DNA of 64,000 bases from Balanoglossus misakiensis (lineage: Eukaryota; Animalia; Hemichordata): the NCBI GenBank assembly GCA_040954595.2, contig CM082589.2, forward strand, positions 1 to 64,000, in the 5' to 3' direction. The notes beneath the pieces were generated by a model. It did not search any database and was not told where the DNA came from. It saw only the letters and a list, made by a program, of their open reading frames with translations. Positions within the stretch are counted from its first letter, which is position 1. Each line of letters opens with the position of its first letter. Both the position numbers and the translations under genes were made by a program. Positions 26,041 to 37,994 of this stretch are shown piece by piece.

Positions 26041-26885
26041 TAACGGGGCAGGGTTGGGGTCAAGTGTCTGCGGCATGGTGGGGTGTAATGGGGCAGGGTT
26101 GGGGTCAAGTGTCTGCGGCAACGGCGGGGTGTAACTGGGCAGGGTTGAGGTCAAGTGTCTGAGGCAACGGCGGGAATGTAACGGGGCTGGGTTGGGGTCA
26201 AGTGCCTGCAGCAACGGCAGGATGGAATGGGGCAGGGTTGGGGTCAAGTGTCTGCGGCAACGGCGGGGTGTAACGGGGCAGGGTTGGGGTCAAGTGTCTG
26301 CGGCAACGGCTCGGTTGAACGGGGCAGGGTTGGGGTCAAGTGTCTGCGGCAACGGCGCGGTGGAACGGGGCAGGGTTGGGGTAAAATGTCTGACACAATG
26401 GCGGGGTGTAACTGGGCAGGGTTGGGGTCAAGTGTCTGCGGCAATGGCGGGTTGGAACGGGGCAGGGTAGGGTCAAGTGTCTGCGCCAACGGCGGGGTGT
26501 AACGGGGCAGGGTTGGGGTCAAGTTTCTGAGGCAACGGCGGGATGTAACGGGGCAGGGTTGGGGTCAAGTGTCTGCGGCATGGCGGGGTGTAATGGGGCA
26601 GGGTTGGGGTCAAGTGTCTGCGGCATGGCGGGGTGTAATGGGGCAGGGTTGGGGTCAAGTGTCTGCGGCAACGGCGGGGTGTAACTGGGCAGGGTTGGGG
26701 TCAAGTGTCTGAGGCAACGGCGGGGTGTAACGGGGCAGGGTTGGGGTCAAGTGTCTGCGCCATGGCGGGGTCGAACGGGGCAGGGTTGGGGTCAAGTGTC
26801 TGCCGAAACGGCGGGGTGGAATGGGGCAGGGTTGGGGTCAAGTGTCTGCCGCAACGGCAGGGTGGAACGGGTCAGGGTTGGGGTC
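26041..26885. repeat. G-rich 45-46-bp minisatellite (~18 copies)
   Basis: Unit TAACGGGGCAGGGTTGGGGTCAAGTGTCTGCGGCAACGGCGGGGTG, more diverged than the upstream arrays. Confidence 0.95.
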
Positions 26886-26889
26886 ATAA

Positions 26890-27730
26890 ATGCATACATA
26901 GAGGACATTTCTGTACCCATACATTTCAAATTTATTAATTTTCCTGACCTTCACTATCAGGTTTTGGGAATGACAGGTAATTGAAATTGAATTAAAATAC
27001 AATACGTAAACATATTTTCATCTGTGAACTTTTAACTGGTGAACAAATTGGAGCCCATTATTAAAAAGAGTTTCCCTGAGCCTGTTTATACCATACCAGC
27101 CTAAGTATTAGTTATTAGGGTAAGGGTTAGGGTAAGGGTTAAGGTTAGGGTTAGAGTTAGAGTTAGGGTTAGGGTTAGGGTTAGTGTTTGAGTTGGCTGG
27201 CTGAAATGGCACAAACAATTTCAGAGATTGAATCAATTTGCTTTGACTGCAAAATTCACTGAACAAAGTTTGCTCTGTGCAAACTTGTGATTCTAAGAAA
27301 CACTGTATCTATGGACATTTAGGCTACAGTTAGATAAGTAATACTGTGTCCTAATCTGAATCCTTCCTTATCATAACATATAACCAGTGGGCTCAAGGGA
27401 ACATGTAAGGAAAGTCAATGTCATAATCCCCACTGGATAAATAGATTAAACAGCAACATTCTCTGTTTTTTTATCTTTTAGAGATTAATTTCGTTTGATA
27501 CAGAATGATGAAGTTAAAAATCATTATTTTTAACACAGAAATCTAATGCAAATATTCAATGTATAGTTGACAACATTCAAAGCTCAGAAAGAGAGATTGT
27601 GACACTTTAATAGAAAACTGGACAGAAGACAATCTATAAGTTTTCTCTTCATTCTCATTATATAAACTCCTAAAATGCTGACTGACAATCTATGTCTTCT
27701 CTTTATCTGGCATTCAGACTTCATCTGCCA
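26890..27730 (+). repeat. Diverged direct duplication, copy A (partner 33360-34345)
   Basis: Collinear matches, e.g. AATTTTCCTGACCTTCACT, TTGAATCAATTTG, GGACATTTAGGCTACAGTTA, ATACTGTGTCCTAATCTGAATCCTTC and AGAAAACTGGACAGAA, occur in both copies in the same order. Confidence 0.85.
27115..27186 (+). repeat. Interstitial telomere-like (TTAGGG)n tract, degenerate
   Basis: About 12 hexamers of TTAGGG/TAAGGG/TTAAGG/TTAGAG. Confidence 0.8.
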
Positions 27731-30700
27731 AGATGCAAGTATTTCATTGGGTTACTGGTAGACCAAGTCCTTGTCCATTTCTACTATCATCATCATTTGG
27801 AAAATCACCAGTCTTCACACTTCAGCTTCAGCTAAGAAAGAAAGAGAAAAAATAGATTCGCTTTTAATGAATAAAGTGGGGACACGTTTTATAGAATTGA
27901 TTCATTCAGCTTAAGTTAAATTTGGATGTGTTCCAATACTACACGCACTCGTATAATAATGATTACAAACCTTTACATTTTCTTCATTTGAAAACCAGAT
28001 ATGGTCATCTGCCATCATGCAAATAGTTTATGGGGTGAGTGCAAGACCAAGTCCTTGTCCACTTCTAACAATGGCAACATTCAGATACACAACATCAGCC
28101 TGCACTCTTCGCCATATTCTAACAAAAGTACAGAAAAATGTTATCAATGATTAATGAACAAATTGGCGAAAGATTGTATAAATTGATTCAATTAGTTAAA
28201 TTTGGATTTGTTCCAACACTATATACAATCTTAAAATGTTGATTGCAAACCTGTATGTTTTCTTTATTTGACATCCAAATATCTTCATCTGCCATCATGC
28301 AAGTAGTTTATTGGGTGACTGGAAGACCATGTCCATGTCCACTTCTACCAATGGCAACATTCAGATACACAACATCAGCCTGCACTCTTCGCCATATTCT
28401 AACAAAACAACAGAAACAAATTATCCATGATCAATGAACAAAGTGGTGACATATTTTATAAAATTGATTCAATGAGTTAAGTTTGGATTTGTTCCAACAC
28501 TATATACACTCTTAAAATGTTGACTGCAAACCTGTATGTTTTCTTTATTTGACATCCAAATATCTTCATCTGCCATAATGCAGAGTTTATTGAGTGAAAG
28601 CAAGACCAAGTCCTTGTCCACTTCTACCAATGGCAATATTCAGATACACAACATCAGCCTGCACTCTTCGCCATATTCTAACAAAATAACAGAAAAATAT
28701 TATCCATGATTAATGAACAAATTTGCGAAAGATTGTATAAATTGATTAAATGAGTTAAATTTGGATTTGTTCCAATACTGTATACACTCTTAAAATGTTG
28801 ACTGCAAACCTGTATGTTTTCTTTATTTGACATCCAAATATCTTCATCTGCCATCATGCAGGATGTTTATTGGCTGACTTCAAGACAAAGTCCTTGTCCA
28901 ATTCTACCATTGGCACCATTTAGAAATTAAACATCAGTCTTCATGCTTGACCTTGCTTCATCTGCCATCATGCAAGTACTTTATTGGCTGACTGGAAGAC
29001 CATGTCCATGTCCACTTCTACCATTGGCAACATTCAGATACACAACATAACCCTGCACTCTTCGCCATATTCTAACAAAACAACAGAAATAAATTATTCA
29101 TGATCAATGAACAAAGTGGTGACATATTTTTATAAAATTGATTCAATGAGTTAAGTTTTGATTTGTTCCAACACTATAAATACTCTTAAAATGTTGACTG
29201 CAAACCTGTATGTGTTCTTTATTTCACATCCAAATATCTTCATCTGACATCATGCAAGTAGTTTATTGGGTGAATGGGAAACCATGTCCTTGTCCACTTC
29301 TACCAATGGCAACATTCAGATACACAACATCAGCCTGCACTCTTCGCCATATTCTAACAAAACAAAACAAAAAAAATTATTCATGATCAATGAACAAAGT
29401 GGTGACATATTTTATAAAATTGATTCAATGAGTTAAGTTTGGATTTGTTCCAACACTATATACACTCTTAAAATGTTGACTGCAAACCTGTATGTTTTCT
29501 TTATTTGACATCCAAATATCTTCATCTGCCATCATGCAGGTTGTTTATTGGCTGACTGCAAGACCAAGTCCTTGTCCACTTCTACCGTTGGCACCATTTA
29601 GAAATTAAACATCAGTCTTCATGCTTGACCTTGCTTCATCTGCCATCATGCAAGTACTTTATTGGCTGACTGGAAGACCATGTCCATGTCCACTTCTACC
29701 ATTGGCAACATTCAGATACACAACATAACCCTGCACTCTTCGCCATATTCTAACAAAACAACAGAAAAAAAATATTCATGATCAATGAACAAAGTGGTGA
29801 CATATTTTATAAAATTGATTCAATGAGTTAAGCTTGGATTTGTTCCAACACTATATACACTCTTAAAATGTTGACTGCAAACCTGTATGTGTTCTTTATT
29901 TGACATCCAAATATCTTCATCTGCCTTCATGCAAGTAGTTTATTGGGTGACTGGGAAACCAAGTCCTTGTCCACTTCTACCAATGGCAACATTCAGATAC
30001 ACAACATTAGCCTGCACTCTTCGCCATATTCTAACAAAACAACAGAAAAAAAATATTCATGATCAATGAACAAAGTGGTGACATATTTTATAAAATTGAT
30101 TCAATGAGTTAAGCTTGGATTTGTTCCAACACTATATACACTCTTAAAATGTTGACTGCAAACCTGTATGTGTTCTTTATTTGACATCCAAATATCTTCA
30201 TCTGCCTTCATGCAAGTAGTTTATTGGGTGACTGGGAAACCAAGTCCTTGTCCACTTCTACCAATGGCAACATTCAGATACACAACATCAGTCTGCACTC
30301 TTCGCCATATTCTCACAAAACAACAGAAATTTTTTTTATTCATGATCAATGAACAAAGTGGTGACATATTTTATAAAATTGATTCAATGAGTTAAGTTTG
30401 GATTTGTTCCAACACTATATACACTCTTAAAATGTTGACTGCAAACCTGTATGTGTTCTTTATTTCACATCCAATTATCTTCATCTGCCATCATGCAAGT
30501 AGTTTATTGGGTGACTGGGAAACCAAGTCCTTGTCCACTTCTACCAATGGCAACATTCAGATACACAACATTAGCCTGCACTCTTCGCCATATTCTAACA
30601 AAACAACAGAAAAAAAATATTCATGATCAATGAACAAAGTGGTGACATATTTTATAAAATTGATTCAATGAGTTAAGCTTGGATTTGTTCCAACACTATA

Positions 30701-32955
30701 TACACTCTTAAAATGTTGACTGCAAACCTGTATGTGTTCTTTATTTGACATCCAAATATCTTCATCTGCCTTCATGCAAGTAGTTTATTGGGTGACTGGG
30801 AAACCAAGTCCTTGTCCACTTCTACCAATGGCAACATTCAGATACACAACATCAGTCTGCACTCTTCGCCATATTCTCACAAAACAACAGAAATTTTTTT
30901 TATTCATGATCAATGAACAAAGTGGTGACATATTTTATAAAATTGATTCAATGAGTTAAGTTTGGATTTGTTCCAACACTATATACACTCTTAAAATGTT
31001 GACTGCAAACCTGTATGTGTTCTTTATTTCACATCCAAATATCTTCATCTGACATCATTCAAGTAGTTTATTGGGTGACTGGGAAACCATGTCCTTGTCC
31101 ACTTCTACCAATGGCAACATTCAGATACACAACATCAGCCTGCACTCTTCGCCATATTCTAACAAAACAACAGAAACAAAAATTATTCATGATCAATAAC
31201 AAAGTGGTGACATATTTTATAAAATTGATTCAATGTGTTAAGTTTGGATTTGTTCCAATACTATATACACTCTTAAAATGTTGACTGCAAACCTGTATGT
31301 TCTCTTTATTTGACATCAAAATATCTTCATCTGCCATCATTCAAGTAGTTTATTGGGTGACTGGGAAACCATGTCCTTGTCCACTTCTACCAATGGCAAC
31401 ATTCAGATACACAACATCAGCCTGCACTCTTCGCCATATTCTAACAAAACAACAGAAACAAAAATTATTCATGATCAATGAACAAAGTGGTGACATATTT
31501 TATAAAATTGATTCAATGTGTTAAGTTTGGATTTGTTCCAATACTATATTTACTCTTGAAATGTTGACTGCAAACCTGTATGTTCTCTTTATTTGACATC
31601 AAAATATCTTCATCTGCCATCGTGCAAGTAGTTTATTGGGTGACTGGGAAACCATGTCCTTGTCCACTTCTACCAATGGCAACATTCAGATACACAACAT
31701 CAGCCTGCACTCTTCGCCATATTCTAACAAAACAACAGAAACAAAAATTATTCATGATCAATGAACAAAGTGGTGACATATTTTATAAAATTGATTCAAT
31801 GTGTTAAGTTTGGATTTGTTCCAATACTATATACACTCTTAAAATGTTGACTGCTAACCTGTATGTTCTCTTTATTTGACATCAAAATATCTTCATCTGC
31901 CATCGTGCAAGTAGTTTATTGGGTGACTGGGAAACCATGTCCTTGTCCACTTCTACCAATGGCAACATTCAGATACACAACATCAGCCTGTACTCTTGTC
32001 CATATTCTAACAAAACAACGGAAAAAAACATGATTCATGATCAATGAACAAAGTGGTGACATATTTTATAAAATTGATTCAATGTGTTAAGTTTGGATTT
32101 GTTCCAATACTATATTTACTCTTGAAATGTTGACTGCAAACCTGTATGTTCTCTTTATTTGACATCAAAATATCTTCATCTGCCATCGTGCAAGTAGTTT
32201 ATTGGGTGACTGGGAAACCATGTCCTTGTCCACTTCTACCAATGGCAACATTCAGATACACAACATCAGCCTGCACTCTTCGCCATATTCTAACAAAACA
32301 ACGGAAAAAAACATGATTCATGATCAATGAAGAAAGTGGTGACATATTTTATAAAATTGATTCAATGTGTTAAGTTTGGATTTGTTCCAATACTATATAC
32401 ACTCTTGAAATGTTGACTGCAAACCTGTATGTTTTCTTTATTTGATATCCAAATATCTTCATCTGCCATCATGCAAGTAGTTTATTGGGTGACTGGGAAA
32501 CCAAGTCCTTGTCCACTTCTACCAATGGCAACATTCAGATACACAACTTCAGGCTGCACTCTTCGCCATATTCTCACAAAACAACGGAAAAAACATGATT
32601 CATGATCAATGAAGAAAGTGGTGACATATTTTATAAAATTGATTGAATGTGTTAAGTTTGGATATGTTCCAATACTATATACACTCTTAAAATGTTGACT
32701 GCAAACCTGTATGTTTTCTTTATTTGATATCCAAATATCTTCATCTGCCATCATGCAAGTAGTTTATTGGGTGACTGGGAAACCAAGTCCTTGTCCACTT
32801 CTACCGTTGGCATCATTTAGAAATTAACATCAGTCTTCATGCTTGAACTTGCTTCATCTGCCATCATGCAAGTACTTTATTGGCTGACTGGAAGACCAAG
32901 TCCTTGTCCACTTCTACTATTGGCATCATTTGGAATTTTGTCGTCATCCTTCCTG
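27650..32955 (-). repeat. ~283-bp tandem array (~18 units) with 114-bp internal sub-repeats; exon+intron-like unit
   Basis: CAAACCTGTATG recurs at ~280-283-bp spacing (28250, 28530 ... 32706). The ORF track shows near-identical peptides at 283-bp offsets (31297, 31580). Minus-strand units carry ttgttttgttag| and CAG|gtttgc. Confidence 0.92.
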
Positions 32956-33139
32956 CGTAACTTAAAGCATTTATACTTCAATATTTTAGTTTCTGTTATA
33001 ATATAGCACACTAGTAAACAATTACCAAAAAATTTGCTTAACTTATCTACCATCACAGTTGGAAAGCTTCTCAACTATTGTAGACATTGGAAGAACTTCA
33101 TGACAAGATAACATTCGGACAAGGATACAATTGGAATTC

Positions 33140-33367
33140 ACATACACATACATTACATACATGCATACATTACATACATACATACATTACATACATGCAT
33201 ACATTACATAATGCATACATTACATACATACATACATTACATACATACATGCATACATACATACATGCATACATACATACATACATGCATACATACATAC
33301 ATGCATACATACATACATGCATACATACATGCATACATGCATACATATATGCATACTTACATACATA
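33140..33367. repeat. Imperfect (TACA)n/(TGCA) microsatellite
   Basis: CATACATACATGCATACAT... directly visible. Confidence 0.95.
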
Positions 33368-34345
33368 GAGAACAATTCTGTACCCTAAAATTTGAAATGA
33401 GTAATTTTCCTGACCTTCACTTTCAGATTTTGGGAAATACGGCTAATTTAAATTGAATTAGAATACAATTCTTAATTTCATCTGTATACTTCTAACTGGC
33501 TCATTATGAAAAATAGAAATAGTCACAAGAATACAAGTTTCTCATAGCCTGCTTATACCACTCCAGCCAAAGTATTAGTTGTTATAGTTAGTTAATGGTG
33601 TGTTAGTACGTTAATATTGAAGTTAGAAAAATGGCTGAAATGGCAAAAACAGTTTTCTAGATTGAATCAATTTGATTTGACTGCACAATTCACTAAACAA
33701 AATTTCCTCAATGCATACATGTAATTTTTAGAATTACTGAATCATATGGACATTTAGGCTACAGTTAAATAAGCGTAGTTGAGTTAAATGGTTACAGACT
33801 TGTTCTCTCTGTAATATTGTTTTAACACACATTAAACGCACATGTTCATGTATGTATGTGTATGAGAATTCATACTGTGTCCTAATCTGAATCCTTCTTG
33901 TCATGAAGTTTTCCCAATGGCTGCAACAATTGGGAAGCTCTTCAACTGTGATAGTAAACAAGTGTGCTAATTAACATAATTGAAATTCTGCAGAAGTAAC
34001 CAGTGTGATCAAGGGAACGCATACGGAAAGTCAATGTCAATGCCATAATCTTCACTGGATCAACAGATTAAGGAGCAAAATTCATTCATTTTTGACCGTT
34101 TAGAGATTGATTTTGTATGACAGAAAATGATGGTTACAAATCAACATCAATTTTTAACACAAACATAATACGAGTAATCAATGTATACTTGATATCTTTG
34201 AAAGGGCAAAAAGCGATTTTGTCGCTTTAAGAGAAAACTGGACAGAACGCAATCCATTCATTCTCATTATAAACTCTTAAAATGCTGACTAAAAACCTGT
34301 GTCTTCTCTTCATTTGGCATCCAGATATCTTCATCTGCGATCATG
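33360..34345 (+). repeat. Diverged direct duplication, copy A' (partner 26890-27730), ending in a partial 283-bp unit
   Basis: Collinear with 26890-27730. It ends in AAAATGCTGACT...AAACCTGTGTCTTCTC...ATATCTTCATCTGCGATCATG, the start of the 283-bp unit, and similarity then stops abruptly. Confidence 0.85.
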
Positions 34346-34719
34346 GACCCTACATGGTCTATGATAAAACACACTCAAATTGAATACGGATCTATAAAAA
34401 CATGCCTTAGTAGAATTGAAGAGTGGAGTCCATTACTGCAATGCCATGGAAACCTAAATGCCTGAAGTCGCGAATAAACATGTGTGATTTACGTACATCG
34501 TGAAATGCAACACACCAGGCTCGGCTGTATTCATGCACACTCTGGCAAACAGACCAACACACGTACACATTAAAATGGTTGCGGTTTCATGACTTTGATA
34601 TACAGTACATTGCACAATTTGTTTGAACATCAAGGTTTGCAGCCAAGAATCGTGCTACTAATGCGACAAATCATCGTAGAATGGAAGTTTTACAGTGATA
34701 ACGATGCAGTTAGTGAAAT

Positions 34720-34816
34720 ATACGAACGCGAAAAATTAATCGTCGCGTAACAGTCTCCTCTTTTGATATCGCGAAAATTTACTGTCGCGAAAAAAAGTCC
34801 TGAGTGTTTACAGTAT
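34720..34816. mobile_element. Probable right end of a TA-targeting MITE (Tc1/mariner-like)
   Basis: Repeated CGCGAAAA motifs ending in TTTACAG-TA, an end structure common in invertebrate MITEs. The matching left end was not found. Confidence 0.35.
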
Positions 34817-35869
34817 ATACGGCAAAATTCTGTGTTAAATAGTTGACCAAACTTAACTTATAACAAAAAGCATTATTGTACTTAAGGTACGTTGCGGGCA
34901 TCCGAATATTAAACAGCACCCTCTATCGGTTGGATATGTAGAACTATATGCAATATTATAGTATAAACAACATTTTGTGGGTTTACAGGAAAACGGGTGT
35001 GGGGACCCCCGTTTTTTAAATGCATGTTACAGAACCTCCCTTTTTGGTTACATATATCACTTGTAATTAAAAATTGGATATTTTATGGCATCTTTGAACT
35101 ACAAAATGATCTTTTTGAAAATAATTATGGTGACGAAATTGTGATTTTAGGAAGATGTTTTTTTCATGCAGCTTTTCATGAACATTTTTGATAACAGATA
35201 GAAAGCACAGCGTAGATAAAAACGAAATGATTTGCTTGTTGTATGACAGTAACGAAAACGAAGATGAACATAATTTCCTATTGTGCTGTACTTTGTTCCA
35301 GTCACAGACTAAAATATATTCTTAAGATGTATTTCAACCCACCGACTAAAGGAAAGTTTTTTTCCTTACGAATTCAAACGATGGTACCTTTCTACAGTGT
35401 TCAGCAGCGTTGCTTTTTTCATGCTATCATGGGAGTGGGAAAAGACAGAAGATTTTCAATTATGAAATAAGTTAAGTATTGCCGTCAGTTTTAATTTTGA
35501 AAGAAATGTCACCATATAATAGAACCCACAAGAATACAGAGTAATATAATGTGACACCTAATATTAATATCATCGACACGCAAATGTTTTATAAACAGTT
35601 TCAACACTAACCAATTGCCGCGCTGGTCGGAAGAGTCAAATCCAGTTCTGCACGATGTTTTGAAACCAAAAAAACTAGCGAAGTTTCGAAATTGAAGGCG
35701 GATTTTGTTACACGCAAACATGCAGTAATAAACGGGCTAGAAAATGTGCGCAAAATCCGGAAAATCTCCCCTAACATCATTTATTGAACTTGCCCCCAGC
35801 ATTCCAACTTCAATCAATATTACCGCAACAGCTCCTAGTTTTCTCTGGACTACATACCACTTGTTCTCC

Positions 35870-37022
35870 AACCAGACAAAAAAACTAACGAAAAGGCGAT
35901 TTAATTGGTGCAAGTGTTGAAAACCGAAAGCACTTGGGCGTCCGCGCCACGTTGCAAGCGGAAAATCATGTCGCAACTTGGAACAATAGCGAGTACTCCG
36001 ACTACTCTCTCTCGAAAATTGGCTAAAATTATTACGGAGTTCTTCACCTTTCCCAACTATGGTCCTAAAGTCACAGCGGTAATTGTAGAAAATTCCGGCT
36101 GCTTACCTGGTAGATACTATGTTTTTTATCTTGGGTTCCGGGCTGTAGAGATTCCCGTAGCTTGTCAGGCAAAATCATGTACGCTGTTGTTCCTTTGATA
36201 GTCCGGGTCGTTCTGCGCTATTTGCGTTTAAACACGTGGATGAGCTAGTAGCACAGGTGCTAACCAGAAAAAATAACGAATAGGCGATTTATTTGGTGCA
36301 AGTGTTGAAAACCGAAAGAACTTGGGCGTCCGCGCCACGTTGCAAGCGGAAAATCATGTCGCAACTTGGAACAATAGCGAGTACTCCGACTACTCTCTCT
36401 CGAAAAATTGGCTAAAATTATTACGGAGTTCTTCACCTTTCCCAACTATGGTCCTAAAGTCACAGCGGTAATTGTAGAAAATACCGGCTGCTTACCTGGT
36501 AGATACTATGTTTTTTATCTTGGGTTCCGGGCTGTAGAGATTCCCGTAGCTTGTCAGGCAAAATCATGTACGCTGTTGTTCCTTTGATAGTCCGGGTCGT
36601 TCTGCGCTATTTGCGTTTAAACACGTGGATGAGCTAGTAGCACAGGTGCTAACCAGAAATAATAACGAATAGGCGATTTATTTGGTGCAAGTGTTGAAAA
36701 CCGAAAGCACTTGGGCGTCCGCGCCACGTTGCAAGCGGAAAATCATGTCGCAACTTGGAACAATAGCGAGTACTCCGACTACTCTCTCTCGAAAAATTGG
36801 CTAAAATTATTACGGAGTTCTTCACCTTTCCCAACTAGGGTCCAAAAGTCACAGCGGTAATTGTAGAAAATACCGGCTGCTTACCTGGTAGATACTATGT
36901 TTTTTATCTTGGGTTCCGGGCTGTAGAGATTCCCGTAGCTTGTCAGGCAAAATCATGTAGGCTGTTGTTCCTTTGATAGTCCGGGTCGTTCTGCGCTATT
37001 TGCGTTTAAAAACGTGGATGAG
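35870..37022. repeat. 389-bp CpG-rich tandem repeat, 3 near-identical copies
   Basis: CTTACCTGG at 36102, 36491 and 36880 (period 389). Paralogous ORFs at 36260 and 36649. Confidence 0.95.
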
Positions 37023-37988
37023 TCGCGACCCTCGATAAGTCGCGCTGCACAGGTGATCAAAACAGCGTCTCACCTGTGCAGCGGGACGCCACCAACGGCC
37101 AGAAGCCCACTAATTACTACATCGATCCTTTGCAGCAACCAACTCATTCATAGCGGTGCTGGACAGGTTTTGCATAACATGAAGTCAAAAAACAAATATG
37201 AAAATGTAGAAAAACCGGTCTCATAGATAAAATTTGGGGAAAGTAAGAAAAAAATGCTCTTTAAAGCCTTATAATTTCAGAGATTGTGCAGCATATGTCA
37301 CAAGACTAGCCTACATACATTTTTTAAGGTGTTAACTGTACAGGAATTCCAGTGGCTATACAGAGTCAAACTTGGTAATTCATACATCTCACATACACAC
37401 ACATATATATGTAAGGATGGACAAGTCTCAATTTTCAAGACCCTGAGATTTATAATCATAGAGAGATTCTTTCCAACAAGACATTGTTTGCCATATTGCA
37501 ACAACTCTATTCGTATAGTTTTGAGATCATTTCTCCAATATGTTATAGATGATGAGATGTTGCCCTTTCCTAAAATAATTGCACTTTGAAGATTGGACTT
37601 CAGTCAGCATTGAAACAATTATTTAAAATTTTGCAATAAGCAATGGGAATGCATTATAGACAGAAATTTTCCAGCAAATGCCAGTCAGTGGGCTGTAGAC
37701 CCATATGTAGGCCATATACAATCCCGCATTTAAAAGCGTATGGACAGCTATGCAGATTTAACTTAAGTTACCATGGCAAATTGAGAACGTGCCAGTCACA
37801 GATTTTCGGTGGGTGGCACAAGCGAAAAACGAGTGCCACCTTATGTTCTTTACAAAACTTTTATATGCCATTCAGCCATATATAGGAATATATAAATTGG
37901 AGGAATTTGTGTACCTTTAATCTGGATTACTTATCGCAAATGGTAGTGGTATGACACGCTACATATTACTAGCATCATTTGAATATAA

Positions 37989-37994
37989 TTTATT
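37989..37994 (-). terminator. Candidate polyadenylation signal of dystrobrevin (AATAAA on minus strand)
   Basis: TTTATT on plus, ~2.5 kb downstream of the stop codon at the far edge of an AT-rich UTR-like stretch. Other AATAAA sites lie nearer the stop. Confidence 0.3.

Noticed and set aside
12256-26247. Giant minus-strand ORFs (up to 4229 aa)
   Set aside because: The monomers lack minus-strand stop codons in any frame. The 46- and 32-bp periods are not multiples of 3, so the same peptides rotate through all three frames. The starts are mostly non-ATG. Repeat artefact.
1-26885. CRISPR array
   Set aside because: The repeats are contiguous with no unique spacers, there are no cas genes, and the context is eukaryotic.
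28243-31807. Repeated 60-89 aa plus-strand ORFs as a peptide gene family
   Set aside because: Starts and stops vary between units, with frameshifts in A-runs and no signal peptide. The splice-like signals are on the opposite strand.
27650-32955. Tandem intronic C/D snoRNA cluster
   Set aside because: No RTGATGA box C paired with a CTGA box D was found in the intron-like part of the unit.
36102-36225. U1 snRNA-like gene (CTTACCTGG..GATACTATG..TTTGATAGT..CGTTCTGCGCT)
   Set aside because: There is patchy resemblance to U1 ends, but the segment is about 30 nt too short and lacks the U1-70K and U1A loops, a proper Sm site and a terminal hairpin. CTTACCTG is simply the complement of a splice donor. 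An Rfam U1 cmsearch would settle it.
34882-37920. Full TTAA-flanked transposon (TTAAGGTAC ... GTACCTTTAA)
   Set aside because: The terminal match is only ~5-6 bp and there is no transposase ORF. The ends cannot be supported.
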